Assembly: GCF_001194135.2 (NCBI RefSeq)
Contig: NC_069002.1
Span: 36,864,807 to 36,925,486 of the forward strand
Source of the DNA: Octopus bimaculoides
Lineage: Eukaryota
Direction: 5' to 3'
Length of the DNA stretch: 60,680 nt
Made by a program: the position numbers and the translations under genes. Positions 11,823 to 24,110 of the stretch are shown piece by piece; position 1 is the first letter of the stretch; the number at the start of each line of letters is the position of its first letter. The notes under the pieces are model-generated. The model saw only the letters and a program-made list of their open reading frames with translations. It did no database searches and was not told the DNA's origin.

Positions 11823-12191
11823 ATGGGTCGCGTGTTTCTGCGCCACATAGGAGGCACCAGGCTCTTCTCCTGTGCCAGCTGCGATACACCGCTGACCAAC
11901 CGTTCCGAGTTAATATCTACCCGTTTCACAGGAGCGACGGGCAGGGCTTTCCTCTTCAACCGGGTGGTGAACCTGAACTACAGTGAGGTGCAGGACAGAG
12001 TGATGCTGACCGGACGCCATATGGTGCGCGACGTGTCCTGCAAGAACTGCGAGTCGAAGCTCGGATGGGTGTACGAGTTCGCCACCGAGGAAAGCCAGAG
12101 GTACAAGGAGGGTCGTGTAATCCTGGAACGAGCTTTGGTGACGGAGAGTGAAGGATTCGAGGAATATATCAGCAACAACGACAGCTGCTAA
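11823..12191 (+). CDS. YPEL5: Protein yippee-like 5 (122 aa, single coding exon)
   Basis: [45 protein letters not shown]...[37 protein letters not shown] is nearly identical to the YPEL5 sequence I recall. It has two Zn-binding CxxC motifs and an intact ATG and TAA. Confidence 0.97.
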   Translation: MGRVFLRHIGGTRLFSCASCDTPLTNRSELISTRFTGATGRAFLFNRVVNLNYSEVQDRVMLTGRHMVRDVSCKNCESKLGWVYEFATEESQRYKEGRVILERALVTESEGFEEYISNNDSC

Positions 12192-12331
12192 GGTTTTGGT
12201 GATGGTCGTGGTTGGGATGATGTTTCTGTCTCGCAAGGAACCTGAATATATGATGGCTATTCAACACCTTTCGCTATTCTATCCTACATAGCATATATAC
12301 ATATATATATACACACATATATACACACATA

Positions 12332-12364
<33 letters not shown>

Positions 12365-15197
12365 CACACACACACACACATACTCACTTTTATGCTGGAA
12401 ACTGTATTTACTTCGTCACTAAATGCTCATGTAAGAAGGCATGAATGTCGCAACCTCTTAGTTCTTCTATCATTACATAGCTGAATCTTGCTACCTATCT
12501 CTATACACATATTAGTGTGTGTTTATATATATATATATATCAATATGTATACACACACACATATATATGTGTGTGTTGGTGATAGTTGGAATGCGTGTGT
12601 GCTCGCCCTTCCATCATACATTTTACACTCACCAAAGTAAAACAAAACTGAGAAATCTGTGTTTATGAAACGTTTTTCGCGTGGCAAGATTAATGAAACC
12701 CCAACCAATGTCCTCGAAGCCAGTCAAAGAGCGCACGTTTGTTTATGGTCGGGGTTTAAAGATATTTAGAAGACACGAAAGAAATGAAAAGACAATAGTA
12801 GAGACTGGCAAAAAGTTCGTCCATTTGCACTTTTTGGAAGACGAAGATATTTTGTTTTTTTAATATATTTCTCTCTCTTTCTGAAATGCCACATTCTGTT
12901 GTAATTGGGAATGAAAAACGAAAAGAAATGAGGAAATTGAAAGACGCAAAGAGTTGGATTTATTTAAACCGTGTTTGCTGAGATAAAACGAGGNNNNNNN
13001 NNNNNNNNNNNNNNNNNNNNNNNNNNNNNNNNNNNNNNNNNNNNNNNNNNNNNNNNNNNNNNNNNNNNNNNNNNNNNNNNNNNNNNNNNNNNNNNNNNNN
13101 NNNNNNNNNNNNNNNNNNNNNNNNNNNNNNNNNNNNNNNNNNNNNNNNNNNNNNNNNNNNNNNNNNNNNNNNNNNNNNNNNNNNNNNNNNNNNNNNNNNN
13201 NNNNNNNNNNNNNNNNNNNNNNNNNNNNNNNNNNNNNNNNNNNNNNNNNNNNNNNNNNNNNNNNNNNNNNNNNNNNNNNNNNNNNNNNNNNNNNNNNNNN
13301 NNNNNNNNNNNNNNNNNNNNNNNNNNNNNNNNNNNNNNNNNNNNNNNNNNNNNNNNNNNNNNNNNNNNNNNNNNNNNNNNNNNNNNNNNNNNNNNNNNNN
13401 NNNNGGCAATAACAAAAGAAGAAAACTGTCTGGTTTATTTTGACTTTTCTTTTATTCATGATGAATTACAAATAGTTTTTTTTATATTTATTTATTCAGT
13501 TTCACTCTTAATCTTTTTGTTATAGTTTTTTTTTTCCATTTTAAAAATTTGATGATAATCTGAAATGTCTCCACCACCACCACCGTCTTTTCCCTTTCCC
13601 TCTCTCTCTCTTTATTTAGAAAATTCCTCTTCTCATGTTTATCTGATATTTGTTCTCTTCTTCTTCCTGTGATTCATTTACAAACAACCCTTCTCTCCAC
13701 TTCACCGAACTACTTTTTCTTCTTTTACTTTGCACCGCAAATGAACGCCTGACAATCTGTTGTTTCGTCTCACCTTAATGCAACGATCACATCGATGATG
13801 ATGATATCGATGATGACGACGATGGTATCGGTGGTGGTGACGAAATGGACGCTGTTTGTTGTTAGTCATTTTTCTCTATATTTAACCCCAGCCCTCTCTT
13901 CAGTTCTTCATATTTCCTCCGTGGCCGCAGTTGTAGTCCTCACTGGGTACGTGTGTGTGTGTATGCATATGTGTATATATATTATGTGCATGTATATATA
14001 TATATGTGTGTGTGTGTGTATGTATGTATATGCATATGTATATATATATGTGTGTGTGTATATGCAGTGTGCATGCAATGTTCCTGTCTACTTATATTAC
14101 CCTTTCCTTTATTGTTTATTAACATTTATTTATTAAAAAGGTGCATTTAAAAAAAAATTTCCCTATTTTTCGAAAAAGCCCCCCCCCCTCCACCGTCGTT
14201 TCTATTACTTGGCTTCTTTGGCATTTTAGACAAAGCTGTTCTAACAACTATTTCAGCTATCACNNNNNNNNNNNNNNNNNNNNNNNNNNNNNNNNNNNNN
14301 NNNNNNNNNNTTTTCTCTTCTCTATTTTTCTTCAGTCAGTCTGGGTCAAACAAAACTCAAGTTTATAAAATAACACCAGTGCATTCAAACAGTCATTATC
14401 ATAGTGATGATGATGATGATGTTGGTGGTGATTCTGGAATGGCATTATTATTATTATTATTATTTGGTAGTATTTCAACATTCCTTTTTTGTTAAGTGTG
14501 GTGTTGACGTTGTGGTGTTACTCGTTCTACAGGATGTAACAGGAGACCAACGAACCAAATGTTTTTCCTTTGATTTGGAAGGGATGAAAAGATCAGCTAG
14601 AACTGTGTAGCCTTCACTTGAAAAAAGGCATGAACATCACACACTCTTATTTCTCTTTGTCCCTTTTATTTTGCCAGATGCTTTGTAACCCATATAAGAA
14701 ATTATATTGTGCTTCAACAGGGTGGGGAGGTGGTCTAAGGGGATTTAGTTTGATCCGTCTCATCTTTTCTTCTTCCCAGAAAAGCGGTCAGTGAAACAAG
14801 TACCAGTTATATACTGAGGGATTCAGTTCAATATACCCTATCCTCTCCCTTTTGTTTACAATTTGGCCTTGTCTAATTGTAAGAGATCATTAGCACACTC
14901 TAGGCAGGGGAATTGTACAATGTTTTAAGAAGACCAAAGTATTCTCTGAAATAAATTGGAGGGTGAGGTATATAAAATGTGACATCGGTCACCAGTTTTT
15001 TTTAAAGGAACTCAGAGAGATTCAAACCCTGTTCCTGTTGATTGACAATTCTATTACTTGCAGAATTATTTCAATTTAATTTTATATTTTATTATTTTAG
15101 TTTGTGTTGGCAACATTCTGTGTCTTGTTTATGTGTGTTGATATATTCCTGTAAATATACATTTTAAAAGAAAATTGTGTATATATTTAGCTTTGTC

Positions 15198-15228
<31 letters not shown>

Positions 15229-16499
15229 ATATATATATATATATATAATGTCTATGTATGTATAGGGGGCAGGGAATCTTCCTTAGCTGTCCACCTGCTT
15301 GTGCTGGATGAGNNNNNNNNNNNNNNNNNNNNNNNNNNNNNNNNNNNNNNNNNNNNNNNNNNNNNNNNNNNNNNNNNNNNNNNNNNNNNNNNNNNNNNNN
15401 NNNNNNNNNNNNNNNNNNNNNNNNNNNNNNNNNNNNNNNNNNNNNNNNGTAGTGTATGGGCTGTTACACATACCAACTATCAAACGAAGCCCCTATTGAG
15501 CCTCGACATCAAGGCTCAACCTGCCAGAAATAGTACCCAGCTCTCCTTGAAATATCACATTGTTTTTAAAAAAAAAAAAAAAGAAAGGGGGGCAAATTGG
15601 ATAATGTCTTCTAAAAAAAAAAAAGTCCAAGTGACTAAATACTGGATTAGTTCAATAGACTACCGAGCAAATTGAACTCAGCACCACAAGCTAACCAACA
15701 ATTTGTCTATTTTATAGAGCTGTTGCTTCTTACATCAATAAGTTATTTTTCCCCACTTGTCAGACCTGTTTTCTAATTAAGTTGGACAATTCATTTTGTA
15801 TTTTGTCCATGGATACAAGCCTGCTACCACTTAGAAGATACAATCTGCTAGCATCTTGGTTGTTTGTTTCCCTGTTGATTTAGCCATACTTTATAGATGA
15901 CCTCATGAACGCCTCGTAATTATATATGAGTCATTCTCCCTCTGTTTCGACGACTTGTTGCTAGAATTCTTTGTCTTTTGTATAATTATTAATATTAATA
16001 ATGTAACATTTTTGGTCAATGTATTTTTGTTGAGAACAGTGGTGTCATATTACAATAACCCCCACCCTCACCACCAAAGATTTGCTCTGTAGTGTCAGCA
16101 CTACTTGAGCTAAACTTTATCCATTCTTAACCCTTTTGATAAAAGCCTGCTTGAGGCCTCTTTGCAGTTCTTTGATACAAAATTTGTATTTAAAGTGATC
16201 TAAACTTCCATGTTAATTTATTTCCAAATACCAGTTTAATTAATGACAAGGTTAATTTACTAAATTGTTTATTTTCAAGCCTAATTGAATTGAAGGCAGT
16301 GTAATCCTTTCAGAAATATGGTAATGAAAAGGTCTCAAAATTAAACTCTTGAAAACCATTCCTTTTTGTTGTAAAAGACTGAGTGGTTTGTTGAGGGAGA
16401 TTGAGGCTGATATATTAAACGGGTGATTCCTAATAACAGTTCCTTTTGATAGGTCCTATCAAGATTGTCATCTGTAAAAGGGAACAAGCTGGGGATAAT

Positions 16500-16675
16500 G
16501 CTTAGCAGTTTTTTTGTCCCTCTTTACATTTTGAATTGAAATTCCACTGAGGTTGACTTGACTTTTCATCCTTTCAGAGTCGATAAGTACCAGTTGATCA
16601 CCATGGTTAACGTAATCGACTTGCCCCCCTCCCTCCCTTGATACTGCTGGCCTTGTACCAAAATGTGGAACCAAT
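16500..16675 (-). mobile_element. tRNA-derived SINE (OR-like family) fragment
   Basis: Body gttgacttgacttttcatcctttcagagtcgataagtaccag...gctggccttgtaccaaaatgtggaaccaat is shared with 25008, 34715 and 50262. Orientation was not carefully resolved. Confidence 0.5.
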
Positions 16676-19237
16676 ATTGTATTCTGTAATGCGGTTAGTC
16701 ATTAGGCAAGTCTCCCAGCAATACAAACCTTTCCAAACAGACTTTGGATTCTGTCAAACTGTCTGAATCATATCAACATGAAGAGTGGGTGAATGAGGAG
16801 GATGCTTCTGTCATTAATAAATAGGATTCTGGCTAGCCCTACCTACCTACCTGTCTAATGCTCATCTATGTGTCCAACTTTCCAAAAGTTCCAACAGAGA
16901 TATTTGTTTCTCCAGATGTTAATATTAGAATATTCATTTCTCTTCTAATTTATAATTTTTGTATCTCGTGTTTTAGTTAACTCTTTTCTTTGTAAACCTT
17001 CAAGGCTAAGAAAGGATACCAAACATTACTTTACTGTTTTCAATTTATTTGTTGTTCACTATTTTTATTGTTCGATATAAATTATAAAACTATTTGTTGT
17101 GCAACTTTAACAAGTTTTCTTTCTGTTAAGTAGTTTTTTTTTTTTTTGTTTAATTCCCCTGCCCCCCCATCTTTACAATATTTGACTACTTTTGTTTCTC
17201 TATTTTTCTTCTGGGAATGTTATTTTTTTTCTCCAGAATCTTATGATCTCAACATCATCTCTTAGATTGCTAGTTTACCCTCACTGAGTAATTTAGGAAG
17301 CATGTATTTTTAATGTTCCTGTTCTTTTGCTTCTCTGCTGTCACCGGTCAGTTATCAGCAGACTCAGACAAGACCTAGATGAATGAAGGCACTTTCTTAA
17401 GATGCGTGTGTGCATGCACATGCACATATCTATACATAATTCTGCAACGTGATATTAAACATTGACTTGAGGGTTTATTTAATATTGTTTAGCCTCTTTG
17501 CCTCTCCCTCCTCCCCATCAGCGGAGTAAAACTTGATTATCCTTTTCGAAGAGGGATAACTTTTCCAATATTTAAAGCCAGTTCTCTCCAATTATTTATT
17601 TTGATTTTTAATTCTGTCACCTATTCTCAAAAAAAAAAAAAAAAANNNNNNNNNNCATAATCACTGCCACTAATTTTCTTCTTTGGCCTATTTTTCTGTG
17701 ATTCCTAACTTATGCAGTCTTGAAATCTGAAGGCGAAAACAAACAAACAAAAAAGACTCAAAAAACAAAAATCAAATTCGAACATAATGTTGGTGAAACT
17801 ATTAAAAAAAGCTGAACTACAAGAATTTCAAACTGAAGCAAAAAATAAAATATTGAATAATGATAATAATAATAAAAACAAAACAACTAAAACTCAACTA
17901 GAAAAATAACTGGATTCCTGCTTTTTCTCTGCTGGAAATATTGGATTTCATCTGTTATTAGTTTTTTTTTTTTAATATTATTTTCATACTGTGTGTATAT
18001 TGATTGCAAATTGTAATCTAATTTGAAACTTATTGCCTTCCCAATCAAATGTATGTTTTGTACGACTGGTTTTCTTTTGAAGAAAACCCAACAACTCTTA
18101 CCCTTAAATTATATCAAGAAATCATTTAATCTTTGGAGAATTACCAAATGGGAATTTTCCAAACTGAAATACTTAATCTGTCTGTCTTTCTACATTTTCC
18201 TTCACACAAACACACACACACACACACACACACACATGCTTACTGAATCAATAAAACACACACAAACACTTTTGTTCATTTGAGTAGCTGCAAACAACAA
18301 AATGTAACTGAAATTATTCTGTAATTTTGTCATAAAAAAGGGGGGGGAAGCAATTTTGTATGAATTGTAAAATTAGAATTATTTTTAACTGAAGATGAGT
18401 CGTGTTTCTTTTATTAAATATATACACACATACATACACACTGGTATTATTTTGCAAAGCTTCTTTTTTTTCTAGGCATATTATTTCATATTATTATTAT
18501 ATCCATATATACATACAAATGTATAGTTTGACGGACAAACAGAAATAGCACTCAATATACAAATGTAGAATTTTTGTGTGTATATATACATATATATATA
18601 CCTGTTATTCAGCTGCAAATATAAGTGACTCAATGGCTAAGAATGTGTTGCACAGACCAAACTTGAGAAGGAGAGTGCATGGAACTCTCGGCCCTTGAAT
18701 TACTTACATCACTTGGCAGCTGAATAATAATAGTAGTAGTAGTAGTAGTAGTTGTAGTGATAGTTCCTAATTTAGACACAAGGCCAGCAACTTTGAGAAG
18801 GTATTGGTCGATACTGTCAAACCCAGTGCTTAACTAGTTCTTTATTTTATTGACCCTGCAGGGATGAAAATTAAGTTGACCTTGGTAGGATTTCAACTTA
18901 GAACAAAGAATTTGAATCCAAAGTCAAATTTTCCCTTCATCCTTTCTTGGTCATTGAAGTACTTTGTCAAGTACAGGGGGAAAGGGTTGATGGTGTCAAC
19001 TAACCCCTTTTTTTCTCAGAACTGCTGGTTTTGTGCCGAAATTAGAACAGCAATAATAATAATAATAATAATAATGATAATCTGGAGCTGAGGATTTGCT
19101 CCAAGTTTCTTTGCACTTTTGCATCATTTGTGCAGCGGTAGTGAAACGGTAGTAACAATGAATCATTAAATTAAACTCGATAATATGTATTGAGTATTTT
19201 TCTCTACATATTCAACATGTATATGTGTGTGTGTGTA

Positions 19238-19280
<43 letters not shown>

Positions 19281-19663
19281 GTATATGTATGTGCGCACAC
19301 ACACACACGCATGTAGAGTAATAACAAAACTGATTTGTGGATGGAAATTTTTATCCTTTATTAATGCCTTGCAACTTATGTTTCTACGTAGCACATGTAT
19401 ACTTGCGATTGTTCTCGCATCCATAGGATATTATTAAACATTATTTATGATATATCTATGGATCTTGAGCATATCTTTTATCCCATGTATCTGCTTCTTC
19501 AGGCATTTAATATTAATGGTTTTTTTGCTGGACCGATGTTATTGTAAGGAGTTCATATATAACCATCCCATTCAGGAAGATGGGAACAACAGGCAGTCGC
19601 CGACAAGAAGAAGCATAGGAGCTTTTACAAGCACATTGAGAGGCATTTGCCCTAGAACCAAAA

Positions 19664-19696
<33 letters not shown>

Positions 19697-20149
19697 GGTA
19701 AACTCTAGAAGGGTGTTGATATTTATTTTTACATTTAAATGAGATATTTAGCGAAAGTATCATTTGTAAATAGACTTTCCTTGAGTGAAAATAGTTGTTT
19801 TTTTTTTTGGTAATTTATTTTGATATTTTATTGATTTTTAACTTTTTAGTTTCTTTTATTTTAATTTCTACCAGTTTTAATGATAAAGGTTTGAGTTTTT
19901 TCTTTTGTTTTGCTTTCCTCCAGTTAAAAAAAAATATTCTATGCAATACTCAAAAAGAATCAATTTCTTTCATTAAAGTATTTCATTTATGATTATCAAT
20001 ACCTGTTCTTTGCTGTTGTTATTGTTGAAACAACCTCTTCCTTCCAATAAAACCCTCTGGAGACTCTGGGGGCTTGCTACTCTATACCTAAACACTTCTA
20101 GTGTCTCTCCCTGCCTGGAGAAAGGAATTACACACCCACTTCTCTCTTC

Positions 20150-20400
20150 TATTTTATCCCAATGGTAATTGGTGCTTTTGATGCTACTTAAATCTTCACA
20201 AGTTCCTGCCTAAAACTTCTCTGAGAAGAGCATATTGATGAAGCTGACAAGAATTGATGTAAAAGAACTGGCAGAGAGATGCCTGAACAGTGGCTGGAAA
20301 GTGTAGGGGGCTACATTGTGGTGGGTTGTTGAGGCCCTACTGAATACCTCCTCTTCAAAGTCCTAAACCGATTGGGTTTTATAGGGTAAGGCAATTTAGT
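20150..20400 (+). mobile_element. Possible relic of a restriction-like-endonuclease non-LTR element (Hero/R4-like)
   Basis: ..QVPA*NFSEKSILMKLTRI...ELAERCLNSGWK.. resembles the ELTVPxEENxxEAHxRKLTKY...CRxNGWK motif. Confidence 0.3.
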
Positions 20401-21399
20401 TTGCAAGTAAAGCTGCAGAGAAAGCCAGGTTGTTTTAGGGTTAAAACAGCTGATCCCTAATGATTGAACTCGTTAAATAATGTCATTTTCGATATACCCA
20501 AGACGAATACACAATGATCATTCATTATCATCATTCCGTATCCACTTTCCCATATTTGGCATGTCAGAATTTATTGAAGCAGATTTTTCTCTGGTTGAAT
20601 GACCTTTCTGTCACCAACCTTCTCAGAAATGAATGCCATTGCATCTTTGATAGTGACGACCACTTTACAGCTATCACACAATGTCAGGACAGGAATCAAA
20701 CGCTCACACATGTGTATACACACACACACACACACACAGCAGACTGCTTTCAGTTTACACCCAGATCCACTCAAAGCTTTGATCACTGTGGGACTATAGC
20801 AGAAGAGGCCAAGGAGCCATGCAGTGAACTGAAATCTGGGCCATGCAGTGAACTGAAATTGGAGCCATGGGGTTGAAAAGCAAACTTTTTACCGCAGTTG
20901 TGCCTGTGCTTACTTTTGGAATATGTATTTTTTCTTCATCACAATCAGTGATAGCCTCAATATAGCATAAATTGTGAACTTTGATCTTCAAGTCTTCCAA
21001 ACAGAGTTAGAAACGGTGTATAGACGACCAGGCTGGAAGGGTGCAAGACAAACAAAAAAAAAGGGTCAACAGTTTGCTTGTCTTTAGACCTGGCATTGTG
21101 TGCATGGTCAATGCATTTAACACTCTTATCCAAGGTAACAACAACAGCAGCAGACCACCACCAGGTTGCCTGACCAGAGCTGACAATCCCCACGTCAGCT
21201 TTGGTCAGGCAAACCTATGACCAAAAATGTTCCAACTGTAACCATGGCATCTTTTTTATTAGATGCCGGCATGGCTCTGTGGGTAACAAATTCAGTTTGG
21301 AATCATGTGATATGTGCTTTTACTATCGTCTAAGGATGAACAGTGCCGTGACACCTTGTGTGTGGAATCTAGTAAATTATACAGAATCCTGTTGCATGC

Positions 21400-21545
21400 A
21401 AGAAAGATGACTGCATTGGTTTGGTCATGTGATGTGTTTGGCTGAGGCAGTGGTGAGAAAGGATCTTCAGATGCTGGGCCTCACTGAGGAGATGACAAGG
21501 GACCAAGAGATATGGCACATTTGCTGTACTTGATAAGTAAAATTG
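21400..21545 (+). mobile_element. Internally deleted RTE-X 3' end
   Basis: RLHWFGHVMCLAE / VVRKDLQMLGLTEEMTRDQEIW, related to 7921-8100. Confidence 0.6.
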
Positions 21546-22469
21546 CTGTCTTTCACACATGGAGGTTTATCCTTTCAGGTAGTGGTGCCACATAAAAAGC
21601 ACCCATGCCAAGTGCTGGCAAACTCCATGATGTCAGAGCCAACGGTTTATAGTGAATTGTGTAGATTAATCTCTTCTCACTGCAGCCATATTGTTGAAGG
21701 GTAAAATTTCATAAACAACCTGAGTGCTGTATCTACAAGTATCAAGCAATGTTTTCGTTGATTATTAACTTGTACTAAGAGCTCTATACTATGGTGTGAA
21801 CATCAGTATTCCCTCTAAGTTGTCCACTGGTGCGGCAGCTCAGGAATAGAAAATTATGCCTGCTTGTACACACACACTTACCCGCACACACACACACACA
21901 CACACACACAAAGCAAGTAAAAATAAATCTTATATTTGTTTTTGTGCACATTGGCAATAAAGATTGAAGGGAACGCTGATGTGTACGCCAAATAAATTAA
22001 CTAGCAACAAACCACAATCAGTTTGCCCTGACAGACGGCATCTAAAGTGGAGTGTGTATAAATTGTAGTTGGTTACTGAACCACTAAAAACAACAAATTT
22101 GTTTATTCAAAGTGGTAAATTTGGAAGATTCACAGAGATACAAAGAAACAGGAAAGAAGAGAGATGAGAAAGGAAAAAGAGGAGAAAAGAAAAAGGTGGT
22201 GGGAGGCAAGACAGTGGAAGATGGAAGAGGAGGGAACGATGGACTCACCTTTACACCTGGTCATACAGAAATATTGCCTTTCTTGGAAACTGATGAGGAT
22301 TAGTAAGTGACCAGAGCAGCGTCCAGCTGTAGTAAAAATCTGTCCTGATAAATTTTGTCTGACCCATGTAAATATGGAAAAGTGGATGGTCAAAGAAAAC
22401 GATTGTTAATATCTCTAAATAAACAGCTTTGTAAACATCTCTAACGAAGCAACTTACGATTATAAATAG

Positions 22470-22830
22470 GTAACAGGCACAGGCATGGCTGTGTGGTAAG
22501 CAGCTTGCTTTCCAACCACATGGTTCTGGGTTCAGTCCCACTGCACAGCACGTTGGGTAAGTGTCTTCCACAATAACCTTGGGCTTTGTGAATGGATCTG
22601 GTTAATAGAAACTGAAAGAAGCCTATCATATATATGTGTGTGTGTGTGTTTGTCTTTGTGCTAGTGTGTTTATGTCCCCGTGACTTAGCAGTTTGGCAAA
22701 AGAGAAAATAGAATAAGTACCAGGTTTAAAAAAATAAGTAGTGGGTCAATTCATTTGATTAAAAAATTCTCCAAGGCTGTGCCCCAGCATGGCCACAGTC
22801 TAATGACTAAAATAAGTAAAAGAAAAAAGA
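22470..22830 (+). mobile_element. tRNA-derived SINE, near full length, antisense to and ~40 bp past the LRRIQ3 stop
   Basis: ggcacaggcatggctgtgtggtaagcagcttgc...ggttctgggttcagtccc...ccagcatggccacagtctaatgactaaaataagtaaaaga. Confidence 0.8.
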
Positions 22831-22871
22831 GAAAAAATAATTAGTGAGCTTCTAATTTTTTAATTTTTTTA

Positions 22872-24110
22872 TTATCGATTTCCAAGCAAACTTCTGTCAA
22901 TGTGGTTTTCCAAATTTGAATTGCCATTTTTCATTTTAGATGTTTTCTTGATTTTTAGTTTATTCAGTTTGTTCAAACTTACTATCGAGAATGGATATAC
23001 ACCTACTCTACCTTTCAAATGACTTGCTTCCATATGTTCCATTGGGTTCTTTGATTCTTCTGGGTTGTTTAATTTGACAAAATGTTGCGAACCTATCGTT
23101 TCACATTTTGCAATATTGTTCTCAACCTGTTTCCTTTTCTGTGAGTTAATTATGTAATTTTGGATTTTTTTTAACTGCTCTTCTTCGCTAAGATGAATCG
23201 ATTTCACTACATATGTTTCTGATTGGTTCCCTTTACTTGCAGACTTCCCATAATTGTGTCGTAACAAAGATCTTGACAGAGAAAGTTGTTGGCAGGAAAA
23301 ATCTTTTGTGAACTTCCTTTCTGCTTCTCTCTCAAACGTTATCTTAGAAGAATCAAACCTTTTCATTTGCAACACTTCCATTTGCTTCTTGTTCTCTACA
23401 GCTTTTTTCTCAATTACTCCATTTAACAGTAATTTTTCTTGTTCAATCTTCCCTAGCTTCTGGAAATATTTCTGGCGTTCCCTTTCTTCAAAATTTTGCC
23501 TCCTCTGTTTCTCCTCGATCTTTCGCTGGTACACCGTGTCCAGTTTAATCTTGTTTTTGTCTGCTTGCCACTGGTCTTCATAAGCCCTCTGAACTGCAAA
23601 TAGACAAGACTTGTTGATATGCTTAAAAAGTCTTTTATACATGTTTTCTTTCCTCATCTGTTTCCTCTGTGACAGAAACACCTCCACAGGAATTTTCATT
23701 GGTTCCAGTTTTGGTACATTAGGTATTCTATGATAGCTGTCATGTGCTGATCTTATAGCTGAGCTGACAAGTTGGTTTTCCATCATCATATTGGTGAAAG
23801 CATAAACTTGATGAATCGGCTTACTGTATCCCTGTAAATGCAAAGTGGAAATCGGAATATCTTCGCCAATAAAACTAAAAGCAAAATAGTCTTCAGATTT
23901 TTCTCTCAAAGTTTGCCACTTCAACTTCTTCGGCTTGTTCAGTTTTTTGTCCCTTTTGTTTGGCAATATTGCAACATTCTTATTTTTATCCTGTTTTTTC
24001 CCAGTTTCATCAATGTTTTCATAAGAACTGCAACTGTCCTCACATGGGGCGACCTTGAGATAATCTTGTTCAATGCTCGTACAACTGATACTTATTGAAC
24101 TTGGAATGTT
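22872..24110 (-). CDS. LRRIQ3: LRRIQ3 coding exon 5 (last; charged coiled-coil C-terminus)
   Basis: Acceptor ttctctatag|AAC at 24110 (phase 0). It is open for 412 codons to TAA at 22872 and in frame with the 364-aa ORF. The GYSKPIHQ and EKLLLNGVIEKK regions recall the LRRIQ3 C-terminus. Confidence 0.85.
   Translation of the reverse strand, partial: NIPSSISISCTSIEQDYLKVAPCEDSCSSYENIDETGKKQDKNKNVAILPNKRDKKLNKPKKLKWQTLREKSEDYFAFSFIGEDIPISTLHLQGYSKPIHQVYAFTNMMMENQLVSSAIRSAHDSYHRIPNVPKLEPMKIPVEVFLSQRKQMRKENMYKRLFKHINKSCLFAVQRAYEDQWQADKNKIKLDTVYQRKIEEKQRRQNFEERERQKYFQKLGKIEQEKLLLNGVIEKKAVENKKQMEVLQMKRFDSSKITFEREAERKFTKDFSCQQLSLSRSLLRHNYGKSASKGNQSETYVVKSIHLSEEEQLKKIQNYIINSQKRKQVENNIAKCETIGSQHFVKLNNPEESKNPMEHMEASHLKGRVGVYPFSIVSLNKLNKLKIKKTSKMKNGNSNLENHIDRSLLGNR

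Noticed and set aside
11732-12236. Minus-strand ORFs overlapping YPEL5 (75, 108 and 66 aa)
   Set aside because: These are antisense shadows of a GC-rich CDS with no recognisable motifs.
20817-20859. 24-bp tandem duplication (ccatgcagtgaactgaaat twice)
   Set aside because: It is a local slippage duplication inside a decayed SINE head.
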